From: Candidatus Multivorans sp.
Lineage (GTDB): Bacteria; Acidobacteriota; Thermoanaerobaculia; Multivoradales; Multivoraceae
Direction of reading: 5' to 3'
Assembly (NCBI GenBank): GCA_965224025.1
Contig: OZ245033.1
Location: forward strand, 4,768,001 to 4,832,000
Length of the DNA: 64,000 nucleotides
In this document: positions 18,003 through 28,132 of the stretch, piece after piece
How the letters are laid out: each line of letters begins with the position of its first letter
How positions within the stretch are numbered: the stretch's first letter is position 1
Position numbers and translations under genes: made by a program
Notes under the pieces: generated by a model
What the model was told of the DNA's origin: nothing
The model's database searches: none
The model's input: the letters and a program-made list of their open reading frames with translations, nothing else

Positions 18003-18650
18003 ATGATTCACTACCGCCCGATGACGATGTCCGACCTCGGCAACGTCCCCATCGACTGCCAGGGAACGGAGGCCGCAGTCGGCAGCCGAATCGCCGACCT
18101 CGGAGCGAGCGCGATCCTCGCCTTCGACGGCGAACAGCACGTAGGCCAACTCCAGTTCCGCCGCTACGACCAGGCACTACGTTCCCCCGACGGCATCATG
18201 GATCCGTCCTACTGGGGCGACTTCCAACAGGCCGACGCCCCGTCCTTGCCGGAGGAAACTCTCAACCTGTTCTGCTACCACGTCGGCCAGTTGGCGAACG
18301 GTAACGCCCGCGACCCCCACTACCACGGACGAGGCATCGGCGTGGCGCTTCTCAGGGAGTTCCTGCGCTGGGGCGACGAAACCGGCGTCGAGGCCACCGT
18401 CGCGAAGGCTCTGCCGCCCTTCCGTCCCCTGGGTGTACTCATGGGTGGCCACCCGGCCTCGGTCTACGAGGACCACGGGTTCGAGGTCGCCGCCCGCTGG
18501 TGCGACCGCGACCTGCGCGATCGGCTTCCCAACGTTCTCGCCGGCGAACATGGTGACGGCGTCGCAAGAGAGCTGCGGGACCTCCACGATCATGGGCCCA
18601 CTCTCGACGCGCTTGCCGAAGTGGCGATGGTCGTACGGCGGCGCCCGTAG
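18003..18650 (+). CDS. GNAT-fold protein
   Basis: HYHGRGIGVALL acetyl-CoA binding motif; YEDHGFEV. Confidence 0.6.
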   Translation: MIHYRPMTMSDLGNVPIDCQGTEAAVGSRIADLGASAILAFDGEQHVGQLQFRRYDQALRSPDGIMDPSYWGDFQQADAPSLPEETLNLFCYHVGQLANGNARDPHYHGRGIGVALLREFLRWGDETGVEATVAKALPPFRPLGVLMGGHPASVYEDHGFEVAARWCDRDLRDRLPNVLAGEHGDGVARELRDLHDHGPTLDALAEVAMVVRRRP

Positions 18651-18726
18651 ACACCGGCCAACGTCGTCCGAAGTCCTGCTAGGCTCTGACCCCTTCGAGT
18701 CACCAGCATCTGTCGGGCCCACGGCC

Positions 18727-20466
18727 GTGTCTCTCCCTCCCGATCGCCGCTCCCACGCCTTCGGCCCCTACCTGCTCGATGTCGGGCAACGGCGGCTACT
18801 GCGCAACGGGAAAACCGTGCCGCTCCGGCCGAAGATCTTCGACACCCTGCAAGTACTGGTCGAGAACCATGACCGCCTCCTCTCCAAGGAGGAACTGATG
18901 GTGATGGTCTGGCCCGACGCGGAAGTGGATGAGAGCAACCTCGCGCACAACCTCTCCGTGCTCCGGAAGATCCTGGGACAGAACGAGAAGACGAAGTACA
19001 TCGCTACTCTTCCGGGTCGCGGCTACCGCTTCGTTGTGCCGGTAGAAGCTGCTTTGGACGGCTCGATCGCGGTCCGGCCCTTCTCCAACATGAGCCCGGA
19101 CCCTGAGCAGGACTTCTTCTGCGACGGCGTGGCGGAAGAACTCATCGACGCACTGGCAAGCGTCGACGGGCTCCGGGTCGTCGGCAGAACGTCGTCCTTC
19201 GACCACCGGCTGAGGGACCGCAGCAGCCCGGACGTTGGCCACAAGCTGGGCGTGTCGGCCATCCTGGAGGGCAGCGTGCGGAAGGCGGGCGAGCGCCTTC
19301 GGATCTCGGCACACCTGATCCGGACATCAGACGGCACCCAGCTCTGGTCCGAGCACTATGACCGGGAACTCGGGGATGTCTTCGAGATCCAGGAGGACAT
19401 CGCGCAGGCGATCGTCGACCGTTTGCGATGGAAGCTCCTGGGACCGCATACCGGTCCCGTTGTCAAGCGTCCGACGGAGAGTCAGGAGGTGTACCAGCTC
19501 TATCTGGAGGCGCGGTACCACCTGGGCACTCAAAAGGGCGACCGCCTGAAGCAGGCGATCGCACTCCTGGACAGGGCACTCGAAATGCAGCCGGACTTCG
19601 CGCAGGGTCATGCCGTGCTCGCTCTCTGCTATGGGGTGCTCGCAGTGGACGGGTTCCTGAAGGTCGAAGAGGCGGCGGCAAAGGCCGAGGAAGCGGTGAA
19701 CAGGGCGTTGGAACTCAACGATACGACCGCCATCGCCTACCGGGCATGCGGTCTTCTGCGCGCCGCGCTCCAATGGGACTGGCCGGCGGCGCAGCGGGCG
19801 TACCTGCGCGCGCTGCAACTCGACCCCGGGAACCCCAACGCCCGGTTCTCCTACGGGCATTACTTCCTGGCGCCGGTAGGCCGCCTGGACGAAGCGGAAC
19901 AGGAACTGAGGGCCGCCACGCATCTGGATCCCCTCGCCCCGATGCTGCGTCGAAGTCTGTCTTTCGTCTACTACCTGTCCCGTCGCTACGAGGAGGCGCT
20001 CGCCGAGGCTCGGCGAACGCTCGCCATCGATAGCACCTACCCGGCGACCCGATCGCTGGCGGCAGCTTGCTACATGGCCATGGACCGCCCGGAAGAAGCG
20101 GTCCGTGAGCGCCAGATCTATCTCCGCAACGCCGGTCGTCCGAATGACGCCGACACGATCGGAAGCACCTTCGAGAAGGAGGGCGAGCCGGGAGTCCTGC
20201 GCTGGACCGCGGCGCGTCTATTGAAGCCGGTCGCCGGCCAGAATGCTCACTACGACTCGCTGGCGATCCTGTACGCCTGGCTGGGCGAACGGGAAGCGGC
20301 TCTGCGCTGGCTCGAAGAAGCGATCAGGGTCAGGCGCGGAGTCGCCATGTGGGCGAAGGTGCATCCCGCGTTCGACGAGCTACGCTCGGAGTCGAGTTTC
20401 CACGAACTGCTCGATCGCATGGGGGTCACCGATCCCAGCGTCGCGACGCCCGGCGCCGCCGGGTAG
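18727..20466 (+). CDS. CadC-type winged-helix regulator with TolB-like and TPR domains
   Basis: FGPYLLD..RRLLR, KEELM..VWPD..V.ESNL, IATLPGRGYRF, SIAVRPFSNMS, LEGSVRKAGERLRI, TPRs. Start approximate. Confidence 0.88.
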   Translation: MSLPPDRRSHAFGPYLLDVGQRRLLRNGKTVPLRPKIFDTLQVLVENHDRLLSKEELMVMVWPDAEVDESNLAHNLSVLRKILGQNEKTKYIATLPGRGYRFVVPVEAALDGSIAVRPFSNMSPDPEQDFFCDGVAEELIDALASVDGLRVVGRTSSFDHRLRDRSSPDVGHKLGVSAILEGSVRKAGERLRISAHLIRTSDGTQLWSEHYDRELGDVFEIQEDIAQAIVDRLRWKLLGPHTGPVVKRPTESQEVYQLYLEARYHLGTQKGDRLKQAIALLDRALEMQPDFAQGHAVLALCYGVLAVDGFLKVEEAAAKAEEAVNRALELNDTTAIAYRACGLLRAALQWDWPAAQRAYLRALQLDPGNPNARFSYGHYFLAPVGRLDEAEQELRAATHLDPLAPMLRRSLSFVYYLSRRYEEALAEARRTLAIDSTYPATRSLAAACYMAMDRPEEAVRERQIYLRNAGRPNDADTIGSTFEKEGEPGVLRWTAARLLKPVAGQNAHYDSLAILYAWLGEREAALRWLEEAIRVRRGVAMWAKVHPAFDELRSESSFHELLDRMGVTDPSVATPGAAG

Positions 20467-20514
20467 TCACGCACGCGGCAGCGGGCCGAACCGCAGGATC
20501 CGCAGGCTCTAGAA

Positions 20515-21144
20515 CTAGAAATCGAGCGACATCCGCATCTCCATGGGTATGCCGTTCTGGTGCGGTATGGGCGCCACCGTTTCGGTCAGGCACTCCATTC
20601 CCAGGGAGTTGTAGAAGCCGACCGCCGGTGTACCCGAAAGAACGTCGAGATGCACGCCGCGGAGCCCGGCGCTCTTTGAGTCGTCGATCGCCCTGTGCAT
20701 CAACTGCTTGCCGATCCCCTCACCGCGACGCGACTCCACGACGGCGAGCGCGTGAACGTAGTAGACCGCCGACGGAATCGCGACGTTCAGGTAGCTGGCC
20801 AGATAGGCGGCCCGTCCGATCTCGCCGAGCTGCTTCCCCGTGACCCGGCCCGACTCGATCAGAGGCGCCCAAAGGGGTCCCAGCGTCTTCTTGCGCGTGG
20901 CGAACTCCGGGCCGCGAAAGCCGATCTCGATCGCGAGGAGTTCGTCGCCTTCGACCGCGATCGTCGTGCAGTCATAGCCGAACAACGTGCCCGCTACCGG
21001 CCACGAGGCCTTGACGATCTCGTCGTAGTACTCCCGGCCGCCGAACTGGTACTCGTATGTCGTCGGACCGGTCTCGTAGACGAGGTCTGCGACTTCGTCC
21101 GCCCACTGCCGCGCATGTGCCTCGGTTGCCTGCATGATCTCCAT
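20515..21144 (-). CDS. GNAT family N-acetyltransferase
   Basis: YYVHALAVVESRRGEGIGKQLM, LDV....AVGFYNSLG. Confidence 0.85.
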   Translation of the reverse strand: MEIMQATEAHARQWADEVADLVYETGPTTYEYQFGGREYYDEIVKASWPVAGTLFGYDCTTIAVEGDELLAIEIGFRGPEFATRKKTLGPLWAPLIESGRVTGKQLGEIGRAAYLASYLNVAIPSAVYYVHALAVVESRRGEGIGKQLMHRAIDDSKSAGLRGVHLDVLSGTPAVGFYNSLGMECLTETVAPIPHQNGIPMEMRMSLDF

Positions 21145-21234
21145 TGCTGCGCTCCTTTCCCTGGTTGTCAGGTCTCGGTGGATGAGAACACGATCGCTTC
21201 GGCCTGTCGTGCGCCGCCGGCGGTAGCGCCGCCG

Positions 21235-22968
21235 CTACTCCTGGCCATGGATGCGCCTGGAGTCGAAATCCATCCAGGTGACGAGCCACTTGCCGTCGCG
21301 CTTGTTCACCAGCATCTCGAGTCCGAAGTCCAGCCCGGTGGAGGTGATCCACCGGGTTCCGGTGACCTTTGCCGTGCCGTTCTCCCACTCGACCACCATC
21401 TCGTCGCTCGGCGTCTCGCTGCCGGCGGTCGAACCGAGGTAGTCACGGAAGACATCCTTGTCGGCGCCGCTGTAGGACCTGAAGTCCTCGCCCAGATAAG
21501 TCCACATGAGGTCCATGTCGCCCGCCGCCATGGCCTTCAGCATCGCGCGAACCGCCACCTTGACGGCCTCGGTGTCCTCCTTGCCGCCGGCGGCCTTGTC
21601 AGCCAGGGCAGGGCTCGTCGCGGCGGGTTGGTCCCCTGCCTCCGTGACTCGCGTCGCGGCCAGATCGAAAGCCGCCAGGTGCTCCTCGTCCTTCACGTAG
21701 ACCCGGGACCCCGAGAGCGCCACATGGGACCACGTCGTGCTGTCGGCCACTTCCCAGGAAGCCAGTTCCCTGTACCCGGACGGATCCGCCGCGATCACCT
21801 TGAGTTCTGCTTCGTCCGTTAGCACGAGGAGGCGGTCGTCGACCGCGATCACCGACGCGTAGGCCGCCCAGCGGCCGGGCCCCTGCCAGACGATTTCCCC
21901 GGTGGCGGGGTCGAGACAGACGAAGGTGCCGGCCCTCTTGTTCGAGCGGAAGTACAAGTGGTCGCCGACCAGCACCGGAGAGTCCATGTAGAGCTCCGCG
22001 TCGGTCGTCTTCCAGACCTCGCTCACGGCCCAGGCCGCGGCGGGCTTGGCCGGCGGTTCGACCTTGATCGCCGCGGTCCCCCACTGGTAGCCCGAGAGGA
22101 TGAAGTTGCCGTCGTAGCGGAGCGTGGTTGGCGTGTTCTGCTGGAAGGCCGTCGTGAAGGGGAGCGACCACAGCGGATCGCCGTCCGTGGCCCCGACGCC
22201 GAAGAAGGACACGTCGTCCAGGGTCACGATCTGCCGAACGCCGCGGTGGTCGAACGCCACGGGCGAGGCGTACGCGGGCGGCCCGTCGACGCGCCACACT
22301 TCCTCGCCGGTCTTCTTGTCGTAGGCGACCAGCGCGCCCTCGTCGCCCTGCTGCTCGTTGCCCGTGGTGCCGATCGGCACGATCAGCAGACCGCCCTCGA
22401 TCAATGGCGACGAGGCGGTTCCCCAGATCGGGTACGGCTCGGTGTAGAGGTCGTCGAAGGTCTTCTGCCAACGCACTTCGCCGGAGTCGGCGTCCAGGGC
22501 CAGGAGGCGTTCCCGGATGCCGAAGCTGTAGACCGAGTCCCCTTCCGCCAGCATGGTCGACTTCGGACCCGGGCCGTACTGGATGGCCGCGGTTCTCGGC
22601 GCATAGGAAACAGCGTAGCTGTGCCGCCACAATTCCTCGCCGCTCGAAGCCGAAAGGGCGAGCACGACTTCCTCTTCGCCCTGCCGCGCGTGCACGAAGA
22701 CGCGGTCGCCGACCACGATGGGCGAAGACTGACCGCCGCCGACACGGACCTTCCAGAGCTGATGGAGAGCCGCGGGAAGCTCGGCAGGGAGTTGGCCTCC
22801 AACCGCCTGTCCGTCCCGATTCGGCCCCCGCCACTGCGGCCAGTCGGAACCGTGTACGGCAGAGCCGAACGTCATCGCGCCTAGAACGAGCAGCGTGGCC
22901 GCCCCTCTTCCGATCGGCCAGCGTCCTCCTCTCGGCTCGAACCGTCCCGATTGCGGTGCTCCGGCCAT
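21235..22968 (-). CDS. PQQ-like beta-propeller repeat protein with C-terminal NTF2-like domain
   Basis: DWPQWRGPNRDG, SSPIVVGDRVF, ALDADSGEVRW, SSPLI; ~110-aa C-terminal NTF2-like extension ending KRDGKWLVTW. Confidence 0.82.
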   Translation of the reverse strand: MAGAPQSGRFEPRGGRWPIGRGAATLLVLGAMTFGSAVHGSDWPQWRGPNRDGQAVGGQLPAELPAALHQLWKVRVGGGQSSPIVVGDRVFVHARQGEEEVVLALSASSGEELWRHSYAVSYAPRTAAIQYGPGPKSTMLAEGDSVYSFGIRERLLALDADSGEVRWQKTFDDLYTEPYPIWGTASSPLIEGGLLIVPIGTTGNEQQGDEGALVAYDKKTGEEVWRVDGPPAYASPVAFDHRGVRQIVTLDDVSFFGVGATDGDPLWSLPFTTAFQQNTPTTLRYDGNFILSGYQWGTAAIKVEPPAKPAAAWAVSEVWKTTDAELYMDSPVLVGDHLYFRSNKRAGTFVCLDPATGEIVWQGPGRWAAYASVIAVDDRLLVLTDEAELKVIAADPSGYRELASWEVADSTTWSHVALSGSRVYVKDEEHLAAFDLAATRVTEAGDQPAATSPALADKAAGGKEDTEAVKVAVRAMLKAMAAGDMDLMWTYLGEDFRSYSGADKDVFRDYLGSTAGSETPSDEMVVEWENGTAKVTGTRWITSTGLDFGLEMLVNKRDGKWLVTWMDFDSRRIHGQE

Positions 22969-23122
22969 GATCCGTCCCTCCCGTCCTATGTCCTGGGTCG
23001 CTACACGTTGTCCGAGTCCGTCCCGCGGCGTCAAGGGACTTTCCTTAGCTCACCTTAGAGAACTTTTGCACACCGCTGCCCGCCGCCTGCGCCTGACCCC
23101 GGGCCGGCCGCCACCGCACTCC

Positions 23123-23195
23123 GCCATCCGTGCGCCCGATGACGGGCGCCCGGACCGGTTCGCGGTTGGCGCGGCGGACGCGCCAACCGGGTTCC
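23123..23195. repeat. Dispersed ~70-nt two-hairpin element, copy 2 (inverted relative to copies 1 and 3)
   Basis: GCCATCCG..GCGCCCG-ATGA-CGGGCGC..CGGA..GGTTCG-CGGTTGGCGCG..CGCGCCAACCG-GGTTCC. Confidence 0.82.
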
Positions 23196-23326
23196 TGTTC
23201 GCCCAGGCCCACACGCGCAGGACCCAAAGCTGCTAAGGTACGCGCTTCGTGCGTCCGCCAGCCAGGCCGGCCGGCGCACGAACCGCAAGACAGCCAGCAT
23301 CAGCAACGCGAGGGAAGACGGAAGAT

Positions 23327-23632
23327 ATGGCCACCAAGGCATCGGTCGCCAAGAACGAGCGCCGCAAGAAGATCGTCGAGAGGTACCGGGAACGGAGGGA
23401 AGAGTTGCGCGCCCTGGTCAGGGACGAGCGTCTTCCCCCCGAGCAGCGCTTCCAGGCGCAGCTTCTCCTGAACAAGCTGCCGCGCGACGCCAGTCCGGTC
23501 CGCGTGCGCAACCGCTGCGCCGTCACCGGACGGCCGCGGGGCTACTACCGGAAGTTCGGCCTGTCGCGCATCGCCCTGCGGGACCTGGCTCTCCGCGGCG
23601 AGCTCCCCGGCGTGATCAAGGCAAGCTGGTAG
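23327..23632 (+). CDS. rpsN: 30S ribosomal protein S14 (101 aa, Zn-independent type), outside the spc operon
   Basis: [43 protein letters not shown]; only one Cys. Confidence 0.96.
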   Translation: MATKASVAKNERRKKIVERYRERREELRALVRDERLPPEQRFQAQLLLNKLPRDASPVRVRNRCAVTGRPRGYYRKFGLSRIALRDLALRGELPGVIKASW

Positions 23633-23636
23633 ACCC

Positions 23637-24203
23637 TCAGCCCCCGAGAGCCGCGGCCAGCCCGGCCAGCATCCGCCGCTCTTCCCGGGACACGCTGCCA
23701 AGGCCCAGGAAGCCGCCAGCGGCTTCCGCAACCACCTGCGCGCGGTTCATGATGTCGCCGCGCACCGCCGCGGCGTCGTCGTCGCCCAGTTCCGCAACCA
23801 GCGCCGACGCGTAGCCCTTCCAGGCTTCAAGCAGCTCGACGCCAGGACGACGCTCAAGCCAGGCGTCGAGCAGCTTGGCGGCGGTCGACCCCCTCGTCAC
23901 TCCCGCGTCCCTCGCCGCCTTCAGGATGGCGTCCCGCTCTCCGGCGTCCATCGCATCGTCGGCCCAGGCGACCTCGATCAGCGGCACGAGGCCCACCGCC
24001 ACCAGCGCCTCGCTGTGCATTCCGGCGTCCAACAGAGCGCCGAGGACTTCCCTGTGCGCGATCCCCGATGCCGCCGCCAACTCGTCGATCTGCTGCTCCC
24101 GTTCCTTCTGGGCCCGCAACTCCCCGATCAGCTTGCGGTCCATGTTGCGAAAGAAGGCTTCCTCCAGGGAATCACCACGTTCACGGAGGGCATCGGTGGT
24201 CAT
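23637..24203 (-). CDS. TerB-like hypothetical protein
   Basis: LRERG.SLEEAFF, LVPLIEVAWAD..MD..ER, AEAAGGFLGLG.VS.EE. Confidence 0.65.
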   Translation of the reverse strand: MTTDALRERGDSLEEAFFRNMDRKLIGELRAQKEREQQIDELAAASGIAHREVLGALLDAGMHSEALVAVGLVPLIEVAWADDAMDAGERDAILKAARDAGVTRGSTAAKLLDAWLERRPGVELLEAWKGYASALVAELGDDDAAAVRGDIMNRAQVVAEAAGGFLGLGSVSREERRMLAGLAAALGG

Positions 24204-24360
24204 CTGACTCGCTTCCTATTGGGTCGGGACGTGAGATCTCGGGGCCAAAAGCGGCGGCATCGTAACACCCTCCGCACCCGCTGCCCGGTGCTACGATCGG
24301 CCTTCTCTTCGTCCAGCTTCGGTCGATACGCAACAGCCTCTGCACAGGGAGACAACGACC

Positions 24361-25383
24361 ATGTTCGATCTTCACGCGCCGGGTCGCGGACGGGTTCTGC
24401 TCGGCCTCCTCATCATCTCGCTGGCGTCCGCGCCGGTCGCCGCCCAGACGGTCTGCATGCCGACGTTCTTCATGGACGCCCTCGCCGATCTGGGAGAAGA
24501 GCACGAGAACCTGAGCCTGGCGGGGGTCGACGACGACCTGGATCCGAGCGACTGCGACGGGCTGATCGCCGGCTACCGCGGCATCGAGAACTTCCTGGTC
24601 GCCGACGGCAAGCTGCGCTGGATCCAGAGCAACTCGGCCGGCGTCGAGGGCTTTCTCGAGATCCCCGACCTGCGCGACAGCGACATCGTGCTGACCAACG
24701 CGAAGATCATCCAGGGCCCCGAGATCGCCGACCACGCCTTCGCCCTGCTGCTCAACTTCACCCGCAACATCAAGGCATTCAACGCCCAGATGCCCGAGGG
24801 CTGGAACAGGAACCAGGAGCTGCCGATGATCGAGCTCAGAGGCAAGACGGCGCTCGTCATCGGCCTCGGCGGCATCGGCACACAGATCGCGCAGCGGGCC
24901 GCCGCCTTCGGCATGACCGTGATCGCGGTCGATCCGAAGGACATCCCCATCCACCGCGACGTCGCGTACGTCGGCAAACCGGACGAGCTCGACGATCTGT
25001 TGCCGCGAGCCGATGTCGTCTTCTCCTCCGTGCCGCATACGCCGGCCACGGAGGGCCTGATCGGCGCCCGCCAGTTCGAGCTGATGAAGCAGGACGTCTA
25101 CTTCATCAACATCTCGCGCGGGAAGATCGTCGACACGGGCGCCCTGGTCGCGGCACTCGAAAGCGGCAAGGTCCGCGCCGCCGGCCTCGACGTCACCGAT
25201 CCCGAACCGTTGCCCGCCGACCATCCGCTGTGGACGATGTCGAACGTGACGATCACGCCTCACCTGGCGACGATCTCGGACCGGCTGGAGGAACGGCGGA
25301 TGCAGTTGCTGCGGGACAACGTCACCCGCTTCGCCACCGGCAGGCCACTCCGCAACGTCATCGACAAGCAGGCCGGCTACTAG
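24361..25383 (+). CDS. D-isomer-specific 2-hydroxyacid dehydrogenase
   Basis: GLGGIG Rossmann motif, INISRG, AGLDVTDPEPL, ITPH; N-terminal signal-like stretch. Confidence 0.9.
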   Translation: MFDLHAPGRGRVLLGLLIISLASAPVAAQTVCMPTFFMDALADLGEEHENLSLAGVDDDLDPSDCDGLIAGYRGIENFLVADGKLRWIQSNSAGVEGFLEIPDLRDSDIVLTNAKIIQGPEIADHAFALLLNFTRNIKAFNAQMPEGWNRNQELPMIELRGKTALVIGLGGIGTQIAQRAAAFGMTVIAVDPKDIPIHRDVAYVGKPDELDDLLPRADVVFSSVPHTPATEGLIGARQFELMKQDVYFINISRGKIVDTGALVAALESGKVRAAGLDVTDPEPLPADHPLWTMSNVTITPHLATISDRLEERRMQLLRDNVTRFATGRPLRNVIDKQAGY

Positions 25384-25391
25384 ACCACTGG

Positions 25392-26140
25392 GTGCGCCGG
25401 CCCGAAGCGTTCCTCGCCCTCCTGCTCTGCGCCGCGTCCGCGGCCGCCCAATCGGCCGCGGATGATCCGGCGGGCTCCTGGACGCCTTTACGTTCCGCCA
25501 CATCGGCCCGATCGGCAACCGGGTTTCCGCCGTAGCCGGAGTGCCCAGCGAAGAGGCCGTCTACTACGCCGGGGCCGCCTCGGGCGGCCTTTGGCGCACC
25601 CTGAATGGGGGGTGTCTCATGGGAGCCGATCTTCGACCGCCACGACGCCGCGTCGATCGGTTCGATCGCGGTGGCGCCCTCCGATCCCGAACGTGATCTG
25701 GGTCGGCACCGGCGAGAGCTTCATCCGCAGCAACATCTCGATCGGCAACGGCGTCTACCGTTCCACGAACCGCGGAGACGGCTTTGAACACCTCGGGCTC
25801 GACCTCACCGGCCGCATCGGCCGGATCATCGTGCACCCCGACGATCCGGACACCGCCCTGGTCGCGGCTCTCGGCCACGCCTACGGGCCGCAGGACCGCG
25901 ACGAGGCGGCACGCGGCGTCTTTCGTACTAGCGACGGCGGCGCCACCTGGGACCACGTCCTGTTCATCGACGCGGACACCGGCGCCATCGACCTCGCCTT
26001 CGCGCCGGACAACCCGCGGATCGTCTACGCCGCCGCCTGGCAGATCGAGATCCGCACCTCCGGCCGCACCAGCGGCGGCCCCGGCAGCGGCCTCTACCGC
26101 TCCCGCGACGGCGGCGCCACATGGGAGCCCCTCGAAGGCG
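25392..26140 (+). pseudogene. 5' remnant of a VPS10/BNR-repeat glycosyl hydrolase-like gene (frameshifted, truncated)
   Basis: FRHIGP.GNRVSAVAG..YYAGAASGGLW, SIGSIAVAPSDP, WVGTGE, S.DGG.TW motifs lie in different frames (shifts near 25490, 25610, 25685). Similarity ends near 26140. Confidence 0.75.
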
Positions 26141-26144
26141 CCGG

Positions 26145-26294
26145 CCCGCCGAGATCGCCCGCCGCGTCGCCCTTTTCCGCCGCGGCGAACACGAGGAGAT
26201 CGAAGGCGCCGGCCACATGGTCCACTATGACGCCCCGGACCAACTCGTCGAGTCGATCCGGGGCTTCATGGAAGGCCTGCCTCCGGACGGCTAG
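26145..26294 (+). pseudogene. 3' remnant of an alpha/beta hydrolase
   Basis: Frame ending at TAG 26294 reads EIARRVALFRRGEHEEIEGAGHMVHYDAPDQLVESIRGF (catalytic His motif); no start. Confidence 0.6.
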
Positions 26295-26737
26295 GAGCCG
26301 CTGTTTCCGATCTCGACATGCACCGACCACCAGGCAAAGTTCTGGCCGCCCGTGTCGAGTTCGACATCCTGCATCTCGCCGGCAGCCAGAGTGACGTTCG
26401 GCGTGGGGCCCAGTTCCGTTCCGTTCGACAGGTGGATCTCGACCCGCACATTCGAGATGGCGCTCCCGGTCATGTTCGTGATCGTGCCCTCGAACCTGTC
26501 GCCGGGCCCGTAGTGAGACATCACGAGGTCGACGCCCGAGCGGCTTTCGTAGGCCGTGTCTCCGGGGTTGTAGCGGTTTCCGGACTCGCCCAACTCACCG
26601 CCTTCGCCTTCGCCGCCCTCGCTGCCTTCGCTATGTCCGCTCCCTTCCGCTCCCTCGCCCACGTCGGTGGGGCCACGGAAGTTGTCGCAGGCCGCCAGGG
26701 CCAGGATCAGGAACACTGGCATCAGCACTTTCTTCAT
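26291..26737 (-). CDS. Lipoprotein with G/E-rich linker and FxLYD-like Ig domain
   Basis: MKK..LALAAC lipobox; GEGAEGSGHSEGSEGGEG; FEGTITN.T..AI.NVRVEIHLSNG.ELGP. Confidence 0.65.
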   Translation of the reverse strand: MKKVLMPVFLILALAACDNFRGPTDVGEGAEGSGHSEGSEGGEGEGGELGESGNRYNPGDTAYESRSGVDLVMSHYGPGDRFEGTITNMTGSAISNVRVEIHLSNGTELGPTPNVTLAAGEMQDVELDTGGQNFAWWSVHVEIGNSGS

Positions 26738-26865
26738 TGGGCTTCCTCCAGTTTGTTCGTTCATGGTGAACAGCTCATCCAGCATGAACACACTGGAGGT
26801 GCAACCAACATGCCAGGAGGCTGCTCTGGGCCTCCATCACCGGACAACCGGCGGACAAATGTCAG

Positions 26866-27933
26866 TCAGCGGGCATCGTCGGCGCCGAACATCTGGCGGA
26901 GCAGATCGGCGAGGCGGTAGCCGGCCAGGGCGGCGCGCCTGAGGGAGGTTTCGTAGGCGAGTTGGGCGTAGGCGCCGGGGGGTGCTTGACCACGTGCAAG
27001 GTCTCGGGGATAGAGGGACGTGCGGACGATCCGGTTCGACTCGCGGGCCCAAGCTTCGAAGTCGCCGGACTTGAGATTGGCGCGGGCGGCGTCGTCGAGA
27101 GGGTGGCGTGAGCGGATCTCCTCGGCGATCCGGTCCTTGAGGGCCTCGAACTCGCGGTCGCGGGCTTCTCCGAAGGCTGTCCAGAACCGTCCGGGGGACG
27201 GCGGCTGGGTGGATTCGCTGGTGAGGCGGGCGAGCACGCGCTGCCGGATTCCGGCCCGGAACGGGCCGTCGAGGGCGCCGTCCCAGAAGGCGTGGAGGTT
27301 GCGGTTCCACTCGTCCAGGCCAAAGCCGTTGCCGCCGCGGTCGCCTTCTCGCTCGGCCCGCTGCTCGGTCACGCGCGAGGCGGCGTGGAGCGGTTGGTGA
27401 ACATCGCCCACGAGGTGGAAGATCCAGGCCAGGTGGATCGCGCGCTCGTCCGGCCGGCCGGAGGTGTCGGCAACGGACAACGCGAGTTCGCGCAACTGGC
27501 TCACGGCGTTCGGCTCGGGCACGGGCAGATCGGTATCGTGAGCGCTTCCATCGGCGCCCTGGCGCCAGGTCCAGCCGATGTAGTGCCAGGTCGGTCGGTT
27601 GTACCTGTCGAGTTCGCGAGCCAGGTCGGGCCAGTAGGCGGCGCGCTCGAACAGGATGCGGTCGCCGTCCTCAGAGCTCCCGGCGTCGTCGAGGCGGTAG
27701 GCGAAACGCCCGCAGCCCCGTCGCCGCTCCTGGTTCAGGTCGAGACAGTGCATCAGGCTGTAGCGCGGAGCCTCCCGGAACAGGGCGAGGACGCGTTCGC
27801 GGACCTCCGGTTCGAGTTCCTGCCAGGCGATCCGGGCCACGAGCTCATGGCCGAAGTCGTTCCAGGCGTGGGCGGAGGAGGTAGCCGTCAAACTGACGGT
27901 AGCTGCGAGTAGAAGCGCTCGTTGGAACGACAT
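26866..27933 (-). CDS. S1/P1 nuclease
   Basis: Signal peptide followed by W...GH, WPD, WHYI, HLVGDVHQPLH, DRGGN, NLHAFWD, AGYRLA. Confidence 0.93.
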   Translation of the reverse strand: MSFQRALLLAATVSLTATSSAHAWNDFGHELVARIAWQELEPEVRERVLALFREAPRYSLMHCLDLNQERRRGCGRFAYRLDDAGSSEDGDRILFERAAYWPDLARELDRYNRPTWHYIGWTWRQGADGSAHDTDLPVPEPNAVSQLRELALSVADTSGRPDERAIHLAWIFHLVGDVHQPLHAASRVTEQRAEREGDRGGNGFGLDEWNRNLHAFWDGALDGPFRAGIRQRVLARLTSESTQPPSPGRFWTAFGEARDREFEALKDRIAEEIRSRHPLDDAARANLKSGDFEAWARESNRIVRTSLYPRDLARGQAPPGAYAQLAYETSLRRAALAGYRLADLLRQMFGADDAR

Positions 27934-28132
27934 GGGGCGAGTGTACAGAGAACGGGCTCGCCGCTTCGCGGCATCGCGCCTGATGCGGACCAGAAGGTCC
28001 GCGCACCCAGAGAAAGGGCGTCAGCAGGGATGCCACTCTCTACTGCAACCGCCAAGTCGTCACAGCGGCGCACCCAGTGTTTCGGTTGATAAAGTGCCCG
28101 CCGGTCCGATCCCCGGCGAAGCCTGCTCTACC

